From assembly GCF_006345805.1 (NCBI RefSeq), contig NC_043007.1, positions 27,156,001-27,220,000 on the forward strand: 64,000 nt of DNA, written 5' to 3'. This document shows positions 43,523-57,442 of this stretch, one piece after another. The DNA is from Octopus sinensis. Its lineage: Eukaryota. Under the pieces are notes generated by a model, which was not told where the DNA came from, did no database searches, and worked only from the letters and a program-made list of their open reading frames with translations. Positions within the stretch are counted from its first letter, which is position 1; each line of letters starts with the position of its first letter. Position numbers and translations under genes: made by a program.

Positions 43523-43564
<42 letters not shown>

Positions 43565-43618
43565 TACATACATACATACACATATATATATGTATACACA
43601 CATATATATATATATATA

Positions 43619-43750
<132 letters not shown>

Positions 43751-43758
43751 TTCTGTTT

Positions 43759-44038
43759 AGATGGCGCATAGTTTAGTGTTTTGCACTGACGATCTAGCGA
43801 CCGTAATTTCAATTTCTAGACCTGGTGGTGCGTAATGTTCTTGAGCAAAACACTTCACCTCACATTGCTCTGCAAAAACTTCGACACCAGACGCATGCTA
43901 CATCATGCACGACTGCGTTGATTTGATGGAGGCAGAGATTAATCTGCGGCACAAACATTCGATAACTATACAAATCATTTGTGCTGGTCGTACGGCGACA
44001 AACTGAAAGCTCATACGCGTTCTTCGACGGAAACTCCC
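43759..44038 (+). mobile_element. tRNA-type SINE (family E), diverged
   Basis: tRNA-like head then GTTCTTGAGCAAAACACTTCACCTCACATTGCTC, a CORE/Deu-like motif. Confidence 0.55.
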
Positions 44039-44044
44039 TCCTCT

Positions 44045-44097
<53 letters not shown>

Positions 44098-44109
44098 ATA
44101 TATAGTACT

Positions 44110-44780
44110 AATATAGGATGAATTTTTTTACATTAAAAAAATTTCATCAAAAAATTGGCAGCATATTAAAATACCTTTAAAGGTTAAAATTATAAACAAC
44201 TTATAAACAAGGGAAAAAGTAAATTATTTCTATGGCAATATGCTGATAACAGACATTTAAATCGTTAATTCCCACATATTATATACCCACTACAGAAATA
44301 CGCTGTGCTGAAATCGAGGAAAGCTACGCAACAGAATTCTCTAAAAAACTTCGTTATTTCTATATTGAATCAATTTCGAAATTAATCTCATAACAGATTT
44401 CTTCCTCGTCAGTAGAAAATACTAATAGAAATAAATTAAATACTTACATGCGCCCATGGAAAAAAAGTCAAAGCAAAAGTCATGGGTACACATAAGTACC
44501 CCAGATATATCTAAATATAAATCATTTGGCTAGCCTCAGCACACATGTGAACTGTTCTCCACCACAGCTTGTATTTGTTACCAGTCCCTATAGCGAATAG
44601 TAATATATCTACTACTAATAGAGGATGAAGTTTTATTACAGAAAAAAAATTTCATCCAAAAAGTGGCAGCATATTAAAATACCTTTAAAGGTTAAAATTA
44701 TAAACAACTTATAAACAAGGTCAAAAGAAAATTATTTCTATGCCAATATGCTGATAACAGACTTTTAAATCATCAATTTC
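44110..44780 (-). mobile_element. ~670-bp partial-tandem (1.3-mer) Penelope-like/retrozyme-like element with ~165-bp direct terminal repeats
   Basis: ~44110-44275 and ~44615-44780 are ~85-90% identical by eye; internal part holds a hammerhead; flanked by (TA)n and (CA)n/(TA)n. Confidence 0.75.
44355..44421 (-). ncRNA. Type I hammerhead ribozyme
   Basis: TATTTTCTA-CTGACGA-GGAAGAAATCT gttatg AGATTAATTTC-GAAA-TTGA t TCAA-TA-TAGAAATA: canonical core, 9/11-bp stem II, self-complementary stem III, AUA cleavage between 44363 and 44362. Confidence 0.85.
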
Positions 44781-47473
44781 CACACACACACACACACACA
44801 CACGCACATATATATATATATATTCATGCGCACGAATGACATATTACCCCTCGTTCTAAAGTGACATGTAGTTATGATATATTATTGAATTAAATCTGCA
44901 GATTTAATACGGTAACTATTAGCTTTGTCAAGTAACATGTTATTCATCGGATCACATTAATTGAAGAAATCTATTATTCAATACGTTTGCGTTGATCGTC
45001 TCGTACATGGAATCACCTGGCAAAATGTCACTCCAGACAAAGTAATTGGACACGACAACATCTATTATGAGTCTAAGAAAAATCCATCGGTAAATGTAAA
45101 CATAATCTTTCTTCTTATAGTTACAGATGGAAACTTAATTATAAAGTGAAGCACATTTTGAATATATTTACTCAGTAATGACTTACGTAATTGCAATAAA
45201 TTGGTATAATATAAAAATATAGATTTTTCTAATATCTGCATAAATAGAATGAAAATATATATATGGAAATATTTCAGTGAGTGTTAAAGTTTTGCTAAGT
45301 AAAGTATTTATATCATAGAGCAACATTTGTGGAATGTAAGGTGGGATTTGGTGACTGAAATGTTTTCGATAAAAGCAAATGCAGTTTCCAAGTGTGAGTA
45401 AACGCTCACACTTGTTTGAGAACATACTTGCTAAGCCCAGTGTGACAATTCTTTAGTGTCTGATCGTTGCTATATTACTACGAAATGAGAGAAACTTTTG
45501 ACATTTTGCTGCCTGTGATACTATAGCACCTTCGTCAAAATGAACGTAATCAGCATGTAAATATGGAAGGTAAACATTTGCCATGTATTCGTAATGAAAT
45601 GTTTGATGTAAACCTTATTTAGCTTTTAAAACTCTCGTTGCAAGACAGAGAACACGTGACTGGCATTCATAAGAGCTCTTCTGCGTTGATATTGACAGTG
45701 ACAAAAGATAAGGGAGTGAATATTTAAAAAGGAAAATGAGTGAACGCTTTTGGGAAATAAAAGCGTGTTTGCTAAATAAATAGATTCAAGAGACTATTGA
45801 ATACTATTCTGAAGGTAAAGTTTGAATGTAGCTGCAATTCACTCTGTATACTGTCTAATAGTTTAACTAAACTACTAAAGAAATACAGAAAGACAAAATT
45901 AGATTCAAATGCTGGCTTAGATTCAGGAATCGTAGAAAAAAAGATCGTTAATCTGCAGAAGACTATCAGTTTTGTGGTATTATAAACAAATGAATAGCAA
46001 CATTTAGTACTGAAATGAATTAAAATATAAACCAAACAGAAATAAGAAAAATAGGAATTAAAAAAGTAAAAGAAAATTTGAATGAAACTTGGTCTTTGTA
46101 AAGGACGAATTAATTTCTACCTCTGGGGAAGAAAGTTGCACTAGAAAGACTATGTGAAAGAAAATAATTAACAAGAAATTAAGTCATAATTAATCAGAAG
46201 TAGATAAAGCAAGCGACACGAGGAGAATTGTTGCTACAGAGTCAAAAGAAATCTTGGATTATTATCTCTGTTTTAGCATATGTGCACCTTATCAGATGTC
46301 ATGTCAGTGAGTCAGGTCATGTAGAAACTTCAGGTGAGAAGAGCTTCAGGAAAAGAATTGATTTGGTGTGGTGTTACTGGTAAAAGACATAGAAGTCTTC
46401 AATATAATAACCTTTACGACGTTTCCTTGTACGCTGACGCGTGTGAAAGAATTAGAGACAAACACGTTCCTCTCTGGTCAATCTCTCAACTTCTTCAAGT
46501 ATCTTTGAAAAGGAAAGTAAGATTAGAGAGGCAAGTTTTGTCTAGCGAATGTTTCAAAAAAAGATGAGTGAATGTAGCAAGGATGGCACGTATGAATGAC
46601 GAAGCCACCTTGAGCATGATCCTATGAACCCGGAAAAATTTTAAACAGAGAGTTACTTACTTGCGAATAAATGTATCAAAATGTGACATTATTGACCGAG
46701 GTTACCGTGGTCTTTTCCGTAGGCTTTTGTTTCCACGGATAAACTTTATCTGTTTCCCCATTTACACTTTATAACATGACATTTCTGTGATACACGATCC
46801 CTATGGAAGGTTTTTTTACGATCCCTTTTGATCGAAAACCTACCTTTATTTTTTCTTCTTTTTCTTTTTTCTCCCCCCAAAAGCTCTACTTTGTAACTTG
46901 TCCCCTCTGTGTTCAGCCCTATGTGGCTAATAAAGAAACATATCTATCTACACCCCGCCACACACAAGTGTAATGGATAGGAATGCGTAAGAGATAAAAC
47001 GACAATTATAGTCGGAGCCAATAAGTGCTCACACTGGGTGAGATAACTAAAATCTAACGTCGAACACAGTAAGACTGCATCTAGAGAAACAAGAGTTGAC
47101 TATAGGGAATATAGCGGACGAACTATTTAGACTGGACTTCAAACAGCTAACATTTCACGCCCAATAATCAAGAGCTTAAACTTTGAGGCTTCGTTGTGGA
47201 ACATCTGCCTTAACTGAAGCATGGAAATAATTGTATGGTTCTGAAATTTCGAATTGAATTTCTGTAGTTGACAAGCGAATGAATAATGAAGGAAAACAAA
47301 TGAAAATATTGAAGTCACTCACAGAATTTTCAGTGTAAATCTTTCAAAAGATCGACTTTATACCACAGTGGTCCGTAGTTTAACGCTAAGTTATTTCTTT
47401 ATATACCTTGACGTAAAAAGAGGCAAACAAACATGCACGAACACACACACATGCACGCATACATACACACACA

Positions 47474-47512
<39 letters not shown>

Positions 47513-47627
47513 GTATATATATTATGTATTCATATATATTATATATATATTTATATTATAATAAATACATATATATTATACATATAGATATATATATATA
47601 TATACATTATAGTTATATATTTATTTA

Positions 47628-47697
47628 TAAATTGCGGTGCCCCAGCATGGCAACAGCTTGTGAGCTGAAACTAAATAGAAATAAAATAAATAAAAAA
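47628..47697 (+). mobile_element. Isolated CR1 3'UTR tail (further decayed tails at ~32595-32640 and ~40670-40720, minus)
   Basis: GCGGTGCCCCAGCATGGCAACAGCTTGTGAGCTGAAAC matches 54075-54120. Confidence 0.7.
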
Positions 47698-47837
47698 TAT
47701 ATATACATATATATATACATATATATATATTATATATATACTTATATATATTATATATAAATACATGCATATATATATATATATATACATACATATTTAT
47801 ACATGCATACATATACATATATACATATATATTATAT

Positions 47838-47883
<46 letters not shown>

Positions 47884-48568
47884 CATAGGTACGTATATAT
47901 ATATACCTACATATATACCTATATACATACATATTACACTCACCCATGCGTGCTCAGGCGTGTACACACAAGTTAGCACACAGATACATATAAACGCACC
48001 GATTATGACTTCCCACAATCCAATCGCTGATATCAGATCGATCGATAGATAGAAAGATAGAAAGATAGATAGATAGATAGATAAATAGACAGCTAGTTAC
48101 ATACACAAACGTAAACGACAACTATTCTATTATCATATTTCTCAAAACGGAAGTTGTTACATGTTGTTATCACTCCTTCGAGTAAGCATTGTTGTTTATA
48201 ACTTTTAATAAAATCACTTGCGTTCTTCTGTTTTAGGACTACATTTTGACTTTGTGCTTATTTGTATTTCTTTGTATTTTCTCTCGAAATTATACATCAA
48301 GATCGATCGTCTCGTTGAATTAATTTGCTTTCTTACGAGAAGTGCTGATGTCTTTACTATACTTTAAAGTAATATAAATCCACCCGTCCAGTCATTGGAA
48401 CGTTATTTAGAAGCAAGCAAAATAAATAGTAGATCACTGGAGCAACTGAACAGAAAAAATACCAACTGAATCAAAATTACTAACAACATGCAACGGTGCA
48501 CCGCCATGTTCTGGCTTATACATGTTTACATGTTTGTATAACACATACCACAGACGTGTATACATGTT

Positions 48569-48657
<89 letters not shown>

Positions 48658-48663
48658 TATAGT

Positions 48664-49063
48664 CTTTACTCTTTTACTCTTCTACTTGTTTCAGTCATTT
48701 GACTGCGGCCATGATGGAGCACCGCCTTTAGTCGAGAAAATCGACAACAGGACTTATTCTTTGTAAGCCTAGTACTTATTCTATCGGTCACTTCTGCCGA
48801 ACCGCTAAGTTACGGGGACGTAAACACACTAGCATCGGTTGTCAAGCGATGTTGAGTGTACAAACACAGACACACAAACATATACACACACAGACATATA
48901 TACGACGGGCTTCTTTCAGTTTCCGTCAACCAAATTCACTCACAAGACATTGGTCGGCCCGAGGCTATAGTAGAAGACACTTGCCCAAGGTGCCATGCAG
49001 TGGGATTGAATCCGGAACCGTGTGGTTAGTAAGCAAGCTACTTACCATACGCCACTCCTGCGC
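48664..49063 (-). mobile_element. SINE family A, full length
   Basis: Reverse complement of family A, head to tail. Confidence 0.85.
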
Positions 49064-49604
49064 GTATATAGGTATATAGATAGGTAGATAGATGGATAGA
49101 TAGATAGATAAGTTAACGATAAGGGTGGAGATTAAAGTATCCCTGCGTATACTGACAATGACGTATGTATCATTGAATAAAGTTTTAATTTACCTCAAGA
49201 AAACATACATCTATTCTCCTAATGCAATCGTTGTATTCGTCGATAAATCAACATTTCTGAAAAACTTTAGCTTATTGTACACTTTCTTTATTTTCTTCCT
49301 TCTTCCTTCTTCCTTTGTTTCTTTTTCCTTCTTCCTTACTTTCTTTCCTTCTATCTTTCATTCTTTCTTTCTTTCCTTCTTTCTTTTCATTACTTCTTTT
49401 CTTCCTTCCATCCTTCCCGTTATTTATATATATATATAATCAAGAGAAGAGATGTTTATTCACAGCCAAAACGTTTTATTAAAAAAAGCTTTCTACAGCA
49501 TATATATAACAATGACCAACCTATGTTTCCACACATTTCTCCGTACGCAATTATGCATCACATTCGCTGTAATTTCATCAAAAGATCCGTCACTTACGAC
49601 ATAT

Positions 49605-49995
49605 ATATTTAAACTTAGATAAACTTAGTTGTTCTCGACCAAAGATTGGTCTAGGCCATGTCTAACTTAATAGCACCACCTGATAGGATTATCTAAATTC
49701 TGTATAAGTCAAGTTTTGTTTATTGTCCATTCAAATAGTAAGTTCGTGTTGAGTGAGTTGTATCCAGGTATGGGTGGCTTATCCGGTATTACTTAAAGAA
49801 ATCTGTCCAGACACCTTTTCAAGGTGATGGGATCCTTTTCCTCTTTGATCCGTTTCGGGACAATGTTAAAATGAGCAGGACCTTTTGAGGAAAAGAATTT
49901 ATGCTGCAGGTTACCTATATGGTGTGATCCTGAATTGGGCAAGGGACATATGGCTCGTGGTCCCAGCGTTTGATGAACCTTGAAACTAATGTTCA
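49605..49995 (-). mobile_element. CR1-type LINE 3' remnant
   Basis: KGPALFNIVPKRIKEEKDPITLKRCLDRFL*VIPDKPPIPGY matches the CR1/L2 ORF2 C-terminus; short (AAGTTTAT/CT)-like tail. Confidence 0.75.
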
Positions 49996-50469
49996 GGTCG
50001 TTTGGGCACTGCTGGCGGTATGTGTGTCTGTGTGTGTATGTTGTAGAGAAGATTATTTTTTAATTAAATCTAAAATTAAGAGGCTGACTCGAATTTCACG
50101 AGACAAAATAACTGAGCAGGAAAAATACTCGTTTGTGTATTTACTTGATAGGTTAACATATATCATCAATACATATGTTTAATTAGTTCGACTAAGCACA
50201 GCAGCTCGTTCATATGCACGTGCAAGTGTGCTTGTGCATCTCTTTGTGTACTGGTGCGTGTCATCGATAAATATTTAGAATGCTGTATTGTCTTCTTCGT
50301 CCAGAACTGAATAAATCATTTCCAGTGACGTTGTACTAAAAGTCATATTGATTGGTTTCATTCTAGTCGAGCTGAAAAGTTTGGTGGACGTTCGGCGGGA
50401 AAGATAACACGAAATCACTATTTAAGGGACACCAAATATATGAGACTGTAAACCTTTATAAACATCGTG

Positions 50470-50556
<87 letters not shown>

Positions 50557-50583
50557 TGTATATATGTATATATATATATATAA

Positions 50584-50687
50584 AAACCCTCCTTCTTTCC
50601 TTCTTTCCTGAGCGTCCAATAATACTATATATGTTCCACGTCCTCGCGTTGTTGTGTTTTTTTGTGCTTTCTTGTTTGGATTAACTT

Positions 50688-50688
<1 letters not shown>
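50584..50688 (+). mobile_element. 5'-truncated HH2 copy starting at the ribozyme cleavage site
   Basis: Begins AAACCCTCCTTC, the sequence immediately 3' of GUU in the 41.5-kb copy; (TA)n on both sides. Confidence 0.8.
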
Positions 50689-50739
<51 letters not shown>

Positions 50740-50863
50740 ATGTATATATATATGTGTGTGTGTATCTTTGTGTGTATATGTGTGTGATTAAGTGTGTGTG
50801 TGTATATATATATGCATATGTATGTGTGCGCGTGTGTGTATTGTGTCTATGTATATACATATA

Positions 50864-50923
<60 letters not shown>

Positions 50924-51379
50924 AATAAGTGGACAAACGAGACAAGAACATTCAACAGATTTATTCAGAGTTACATGTATGAGAGTTACATGTACAGTTT
51001 CATTGGTACTCTTGAGTTTCAAGCGTGATGCTAGTCGTCAACGACTTTGAATTTGAATAAGCGTTGATTCTTATTAGCGCAAATTGGGCTGTAATTGTTA
51101 GAGGAAGGGCACGCGGTCTCGGAGTTTTCCTTTTGGCAATATCACTGGTATATGACTCTAACATATACGCAGAACAGAAAAATGTTGTAGGAGAGTTGAT
51201 TAAGTGTTTATATTGATTTAATTAATTGGAGTTATTGATTGTTTTTCATGTTGTCGCTTCGAGGGCAAAAAGAGCAACAGCTGACCGCAAGAGGAGGCGA
51301 ACTCAGGAACGAAAGAATAGGTAGATGTACTTGCGCTATCCTGAATCGGTTCTGAAAACATCTCCGTCCTCATTCTGTG

Positions 51380-51461
51380 TGTACATACATACAAACATAA
51401 TACATACATACATACATACATATATAATACATGCATGCATATATATGAATATATGCTTACA

Positions 51462-51505
<44 letters not shown>

Positions 51506-51576
51506 TCAGCTATATACATACATATATATCTATACATCATATATACATCTATATACATTTATATATATATACACAT

Positions 51577-51624
<48 letters not shown>

Positions 51625-51742
51625 TATATATATTTATCAAGCTATATAAATAAATATATGTATATGTATATACACACACACATATATATATACATATATA
51701 TATATTCCGCAAGCTATATAAATGTATATATGTGTGTTTATA

Positions 51743-51785
<43 letters not shown>

Positions 51786-51826
51786 ACATATACTCATATA
51801 TATATATATATATATATTCATCTAGC

Positions 51827-51865
<39 letters not shown>

Positions 51866-51874
51866 TCAAGCTAT

Positions 51875-51907
<33 letters not shown>

Positions 51908-52102
51908 CATCTAGCTATATACATATATATATATATATACACATATACATACATACATATATATATATATATTATATATATATATATATATATATTTATC
52001 AAGCTATATAAATAAATATATGTATATGTATATACACACACACATATATATACATATATATATATTCCGCAAGCTATATAAATGTATATATGTGTGTTTA
52101 TA

Positions 52103-52145
<43 letters not shown>

Positions 52146-52186
52146 ACATATACTCATATATATATATATATATATATTCATCTAGC

Positions 52187-52269
<83 letters not shown>

Positions 52270-52692
52270 TTTAAATAGATGGGTAGGTATACATAGAAAG
52301 ATATACGTTCCATATACATAAATGTATATGATATATAATTATGTAAATGTATGTAAATTACAAATAGCTGAAATCGTTAGCAATTATCAAACATAACACA
52401 ATACATTTACTTCTACTTGTATAGGAAATCGCTTTCTCTCAACGTCAGAACACTTAAATATCTCTCAACAAACGTTATTTAAATGCCTAAATAAAATTTC
52501 ACTTAGCGTTAATTAAAGAACTGATGTAACTTTTAAATATGTGGCAGAAACGAACAAGGACTACAACATACATACTTGCCTTAATCTCACACACGCAGGC
52601 GCGCGCACACACACACACACACACTCGTACACATACACTGAAACGTACACACGAATACAAAATACGAAAAACCTTACAAACTTATATATAGC

Positions 52693-52730
<38 letters not shown>

Positions 52731-52851
52731 TGCATATATATATATAACTACATACATCTGTGGATGTGTGTGTTTATGTAATTATGTGTATGTTCTAGCT
52801 AATTTTATTACCTTCCCGGCTTATGTCGTTAATCCTGCTAACATTCTATAC

Positions 52852-52884
<33 letters not shown>

Positions 52885-52963
52885 TATTTATATATATACA
52901 TATATACACACATATATATATACATATATATATATACATATATATATATACATATATATATAC

Positions 52964-52994
<31 letters not shown>

Positions 52995-53407
52995 CATATA
53001 TATGTATACATATACATATACATTTACATATACATATACGTGTATATATATATATATAAACAGATATAAATATAGATATGCATATACATTTATACATACA
53101 TATACATAAATATATATATATACATATACATATATAAACATATATATATAGATACATATACATATATATGTATATAAATATACATATATACATATTCATA
53201 TATATATACATATACATATAAATATATATATGCATATATACATATGTATGTGTGTTTGTGTGGTAATATATATTTATGTATATACGCAAACATACATATA
53301 CACAAATACAGACACGCACACGTATACATACACACGACACACACACACGCTCGGTCACACTTGTACATATATCTACTTATATTTGAGTTTCTATAAATAT
53401 GTAGTTA

Positions 53408-53451
<44 letters not shown>

Positions 53452-53520
53452 ATATATAATATATATATATATATATGTATGTATATATATATATGTGTGT
53501 ATATATATACATATATGTGG
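51380..53520. repeat. Extended (TA)n/(TACA)n low-complexity region including a ~360-bp tandem duplication
   Basis: Lines at 51721/52081 and 51781/52141 are identical; interrupted by unique sequence at ~52270-52690. Confidence 0.9.
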
Positions 53521-53940
53521 ACGTGTATATTGCTGTGTTGGTATCGTGGTTCTATAACCAAAGCGCAAATCTACGCAAGTTGAAATGTTAATTTCAACCA
53601 CTTAACTACAGAAATTATTACAAAAACATAATTGACTAATGTTTGTGGAAATATATTGTCGTTAGGAGACGAAACCAAACATAATGGAAGGAAAGCACCT
53701 ACATTTTCCAAATAAATTACAATCCAACAAATTATCTTGAATGTAGAAGATAATATCTTAGACTTCAGCGGTTTTAATAAACTAAGCGTATTCTAATTGA
53801 CATCTCTAGGGAAGATTTATAAGAACTTATGAAATTATTAATCATTTGTGAAAACCGTTTGGGAATTAAATCGACTTCGTTGTCGAAGGAATAATCGGTT
53901 TTCGTTCCTCATAATTTTTAACTGCTCGAAAATTAAATGC

Positions 53941-54135
53941 CTATTGTCAGGTGTCCCGGAAGAACCAACTTCACGGCAGGAGGTGCAGATAAGGGCAGTT
54001 GCATCGAACTCTCTCATGCATCAGATGGCGTTTGCTAAAAAGCATCCTTGGGGTAAAATCGTGTAGCAAACCAAATGGCGGTGCCCCAGCATGGCCACTG
54101 CTCATTAGCTGAAACTAGAAAAATCAAAATCAAAA
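53941..54135 (+). mobile_element. CR1-type LINE extreme 3' end plus 3'UTR
   Basis: LLSGVPEEPTSRQEVQIRAVASNSLMHQ...* then GGCGGTGCCCCAGCATGGCCAC...GCTGAAAC and an (AAAATC)n tail. Confidence 0.8.
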
Positions 54136-54534
54136 TCATATATTTTTGTAGTATCACAGTTAATTTTCATTTCATAAGGTACCTATAATTTGCTTGCTTT
54201 TGGAATTCATTTATATCCCTTTTTTATACATCCCTATCTAGCCACGTGACAATGACATGAAATGAGGAGACGTTGTGAAAAATGAAGCAAAATTATTCAA
54301 CTTGTCTCCAATCCTGCTTAAATCTCATCATTCTGTCAGCTGACAAAGAAAATCTTTACAACTGTTGATCACCGGAGAATCAAATGTCTAATGAACATTT
54401 AGTGTAATTATGAGAAAATTAATAAAATCTACTCCGATTGGAATATAAATATCTTCGGCAGATCAATGAAGGGCTATGCATAATAAACTTGCGAAATCAA
54501 TTTTGTTGAGGCAACTTATTAATATCATTAACGG

Positions 54535-54675
54535 TTTCACGCCGGGCAACGTTCAAATTCCGCCGAAGTCATCTTTGCCTTTAATCATTTCGGAGTTGCG
54601 TACTGATTCGATCTAATCGACTGGCCCCTACACCAAAATTTCGGACCTTGTGCCTAGAGTAGAAAAGGATATTAT
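54535..54675 (+). mobile_element. SINE family B, tail type 2, decayed
   Basis: GTTCAAATTCCGCCGAAGTC...GACTGGCCCCTAC...CCTAGAGTAGAAAAG. Confidence 0.7.
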
Positions 54676-55620
54676 TAAGGGATGTATAAGAAAATTCTTT
54701 ACTCAATACAGCCTGTACTGAAAATCCGCCATTTTCAAGTATATTTTTTATTATTTCAATTGAACCTCGGGTAGCAGACCTAGAAGTTTGAATTCAATTT
54801 TCTCTCTGATGTCGATGCACAGAGGATGGAATTCAATGTTCAGACTTCAGTCGCAAGAATCTAGTGGTTTCTACAAACCTAGAAGTTTTGTATGAGTAAA
54901 ACACACAAAATTATGTTGGTATAGGTTACAATGGGAATAAAATGGTAAGGGAGCGAATGGTATACCATGTGCACGGTTCTCCAAATTAGGTTTTGGAATT
55001 GATCTTTCTGATTTTAGTAGAACAGAGTGCACACTTATCGTATTCAGTAAAAAATTGGTTGCAACTAAATATGTTAGTTTGTGGCGCACAAGTTATTCCT
55101 TAAGGAAATTATTAAACAAATAGGGTAAGTCTAAAAGGAGTTAAATACATTAACCTTATGTGTAGGTGAATGCGAAGGAAAACATAAAAGAATCGTATAA
55201 TATAATACGGTGAAGTGGAATGGAATTAAAGAAGGAGATCAAAGGCAGAATTACAATTAATTCGCGATATCTAACACTATCGGAAGAACAACGAAACAAA
55301 AGAAATACGAAAGATATTTTAGTTAGATTATGCAAAACACTAGAAGCAGCATGAAGAATTTCGGTATTGGATAGAGAAAATATATTCTGTATTGGTAATA
55401 TTGCCAATGTGAGAGAAAGAAGAATGCCAAAATATCTCTGTGACGAAATTTGGAATATAGAATTTAAAATCACTTCAATCTAATCACGTATAAGAGGTTC
55501 TTAAGAACAACAACTAAAAAAAGCCATAAAGGAAATTATAGACAAAACTGTGCCGCGTACAGCGCTTTAAATTCATATAGATGAGAATAAACTATGCGGC
55601 GAAGATCGCGAAAGTTTGTA

Positions 55621-55935
55621 TTACTCTTTTATTCTTTTATTTGTTTCGGTCATGTGACTGTGGCCATGCTGGAGTGCCACCTTTAGTCGACCAAATTGAC
55701 CCCAGGACTTATTCTTTGTAAGCCTAGTACTTATTCCATTGGTCTCTTTTTGCGGAACCGCTAAGTTACTGGGACGTAAACACACCAGCATCAGTTGTCA
55801 AGCGATGTTGGGGGGACAAATACAAACGCATGTATACATATATACCACGGGCCTCGTTCAGTTTCCGTCTGCCAAATCCACTCACAAGGCTTTGGTCGGC
55901 CCGAGGCTATAGTTGAAGACACTTGCCCGAGGTGC
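55621..55935 (-). mobile_element. SINE family A, 5'-truncated
   Basis: Reverse complement of family A from the CORE-like motif to the tail. Confidence 0.8.
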
Positions 55936-56316
55936 AAGTTCCTTAAATGCCTTGAACTGGCAGGGAACCTTCGGCACAAAGAATCTATTTTCATGTGAGC
56001 ACCGACCAGGCCAATTCATGTATGATTTTATCATATATCTTGATGTATAACAAAACTCACCATCACCATTAGAAGCTTCACATTCTGGAGACGACAGTCA
56101 TATTATTAGTATTTTATGGAGCTAAGTGTTCAGTCGGAGAATATCTTTAAATCTGACTTTCCATTTAAATTCAAAAGGTTTAGATTTCAAGTCAGATTTT
56201 GTTTGGCTACAATTAACGTTATACCTCAAGTGCATTTACTGAAGGCTTTGAAATGGATCTGGTGGAGCGTTTCTTTTCACTGGAACAGTATAATCTTGGT
56301 ACCTTCAAGACTTCGG

Positions 56317-56636
56317 TGGAGGCGCAATGATCCAGTAGTTAGGGCAGAAGATTCGTGGTCAGAAGATCGCGGTTCCGATTCCCACACCGGGCATTGTGTG
56401 TGTTTATTGGGCGAAAACACTTGAAGCTCCACGAAGCTCCGGCAGGGGGTGGTGGCGACCCCTGTTGTACTTTTTCGCCCCAACTTTCTCTCACTCTTTC
56501 TTCCTGTTTCTTTAGTAATGTTGCGATGGACTGGCGTCCTGTCCATCTGGGGGAAACACATATGCCATAGAAACCAGGAAACGAGGGCCCATGATCCAAG
56601 CTAGGCTTGGAAAGGGCGCATAAACAAGAAATAAAA
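56317..56636 (+). mobile_element. tRNA-type SINE family C head/body with a different tail; 14-bp TSD
   Basis: CTTCAAGACTTCGG at 56303-56316 and 56637-56650; head GGAGGCGCAATG..AGTAGTTAGGGC and B-box GGTTCCGATTCCC. Confidence 0.88.
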
Positions 56637-57137
56637 CTTCAAGACTTCGGAATCTTGATGTTCTTTTCATCGTAGCATCAAATAGCAAGACGAAGACTAT
56701 CTCTTTTTGATAAAAACTATGAAAATTAAAGAAAACAAAAAAAAAAAAACAAAACTAAAAAACTGTAATTTCTAGTTTAGTGAAATTATTAGAATCAATT
56801 TCCTAAACGCTAAATAAATGATAACTTTGTATCTGTGAAGAATATTGATCTTTTTACATTTTAACAAGACACTATATTTTTAGAGAAGTTTATAGTCAAT
56901 TAACTCAAAACTAATTTTCCTGCTTCCTCTAAGTCTACCTAAGCGAGAATAGAGCTTACAACTTAAGGGGATTTTAATTAGCTTCGGTGACTCTCAGAGA
57001 GTAATATTGGCACTGCTTTTCACTGGAATTTAAAAGTAATAAATAATTGATTATATCATTTAATTTAGTTAGACTGGATTTGAAGAAAGGAATTTTTAAC
57101 ATAGACTTCCCATAACTTCTGAGACCATGAAACTCAC

Positions 57138-57298
57138 CTGTGAGCATATCTCCTGGTGCAAATAACAGCTTTGTGTAGAGAAAGAAATCCCAGTTGTGGG
57201 GATCCTGGTAAAATACTGGATTTAGCCTATAAAAGGGTTGTCTCGGGAGAACGGTGTAAGCGTAAGTGATGGAAGGTGTAGAGAAACGTGAGTCATAA
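57138..57298 (-). CDS. Candidate exon 2 (YDSRFSTPSITYAYTVLPRQPFYRLNPVFYQDPHNWDFFLYTKLLFAPGDMLT)
   Basis: Acceptor TTTTTTGCCATCTCCACTCTACCAG|, donor CAG|GTGAGT, 161 nt open, phase 2 to 1. Confidence 0.6.
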
Positions 57299-57442
57299 CT
57301 GGTAGAGTGGAGATGGCAAAAAACAAACAAACAAATAGAATTACGGAGGAGGAGCGCTTAAGCAGTGATACGTGAAATTTTAATCTCATTATCAGTACGA
57401 ATATGCTGGGTGCGTGTTCGAACTCGTGAATAAGCTACTCAC

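Noticed and set aside
46334-46640. Possible RTE post-RT remnant
   Set aside because: Only vague motif resemblance (LYADAC, MARMND); not supportable without a search.
55156-55473. 105-aa hydrophobic ORF resembling a chemoreceptor fragment
   Set aside because: Hydrophobicity follows from the A-rich opposite strand; no convincing splice pair or family motif.
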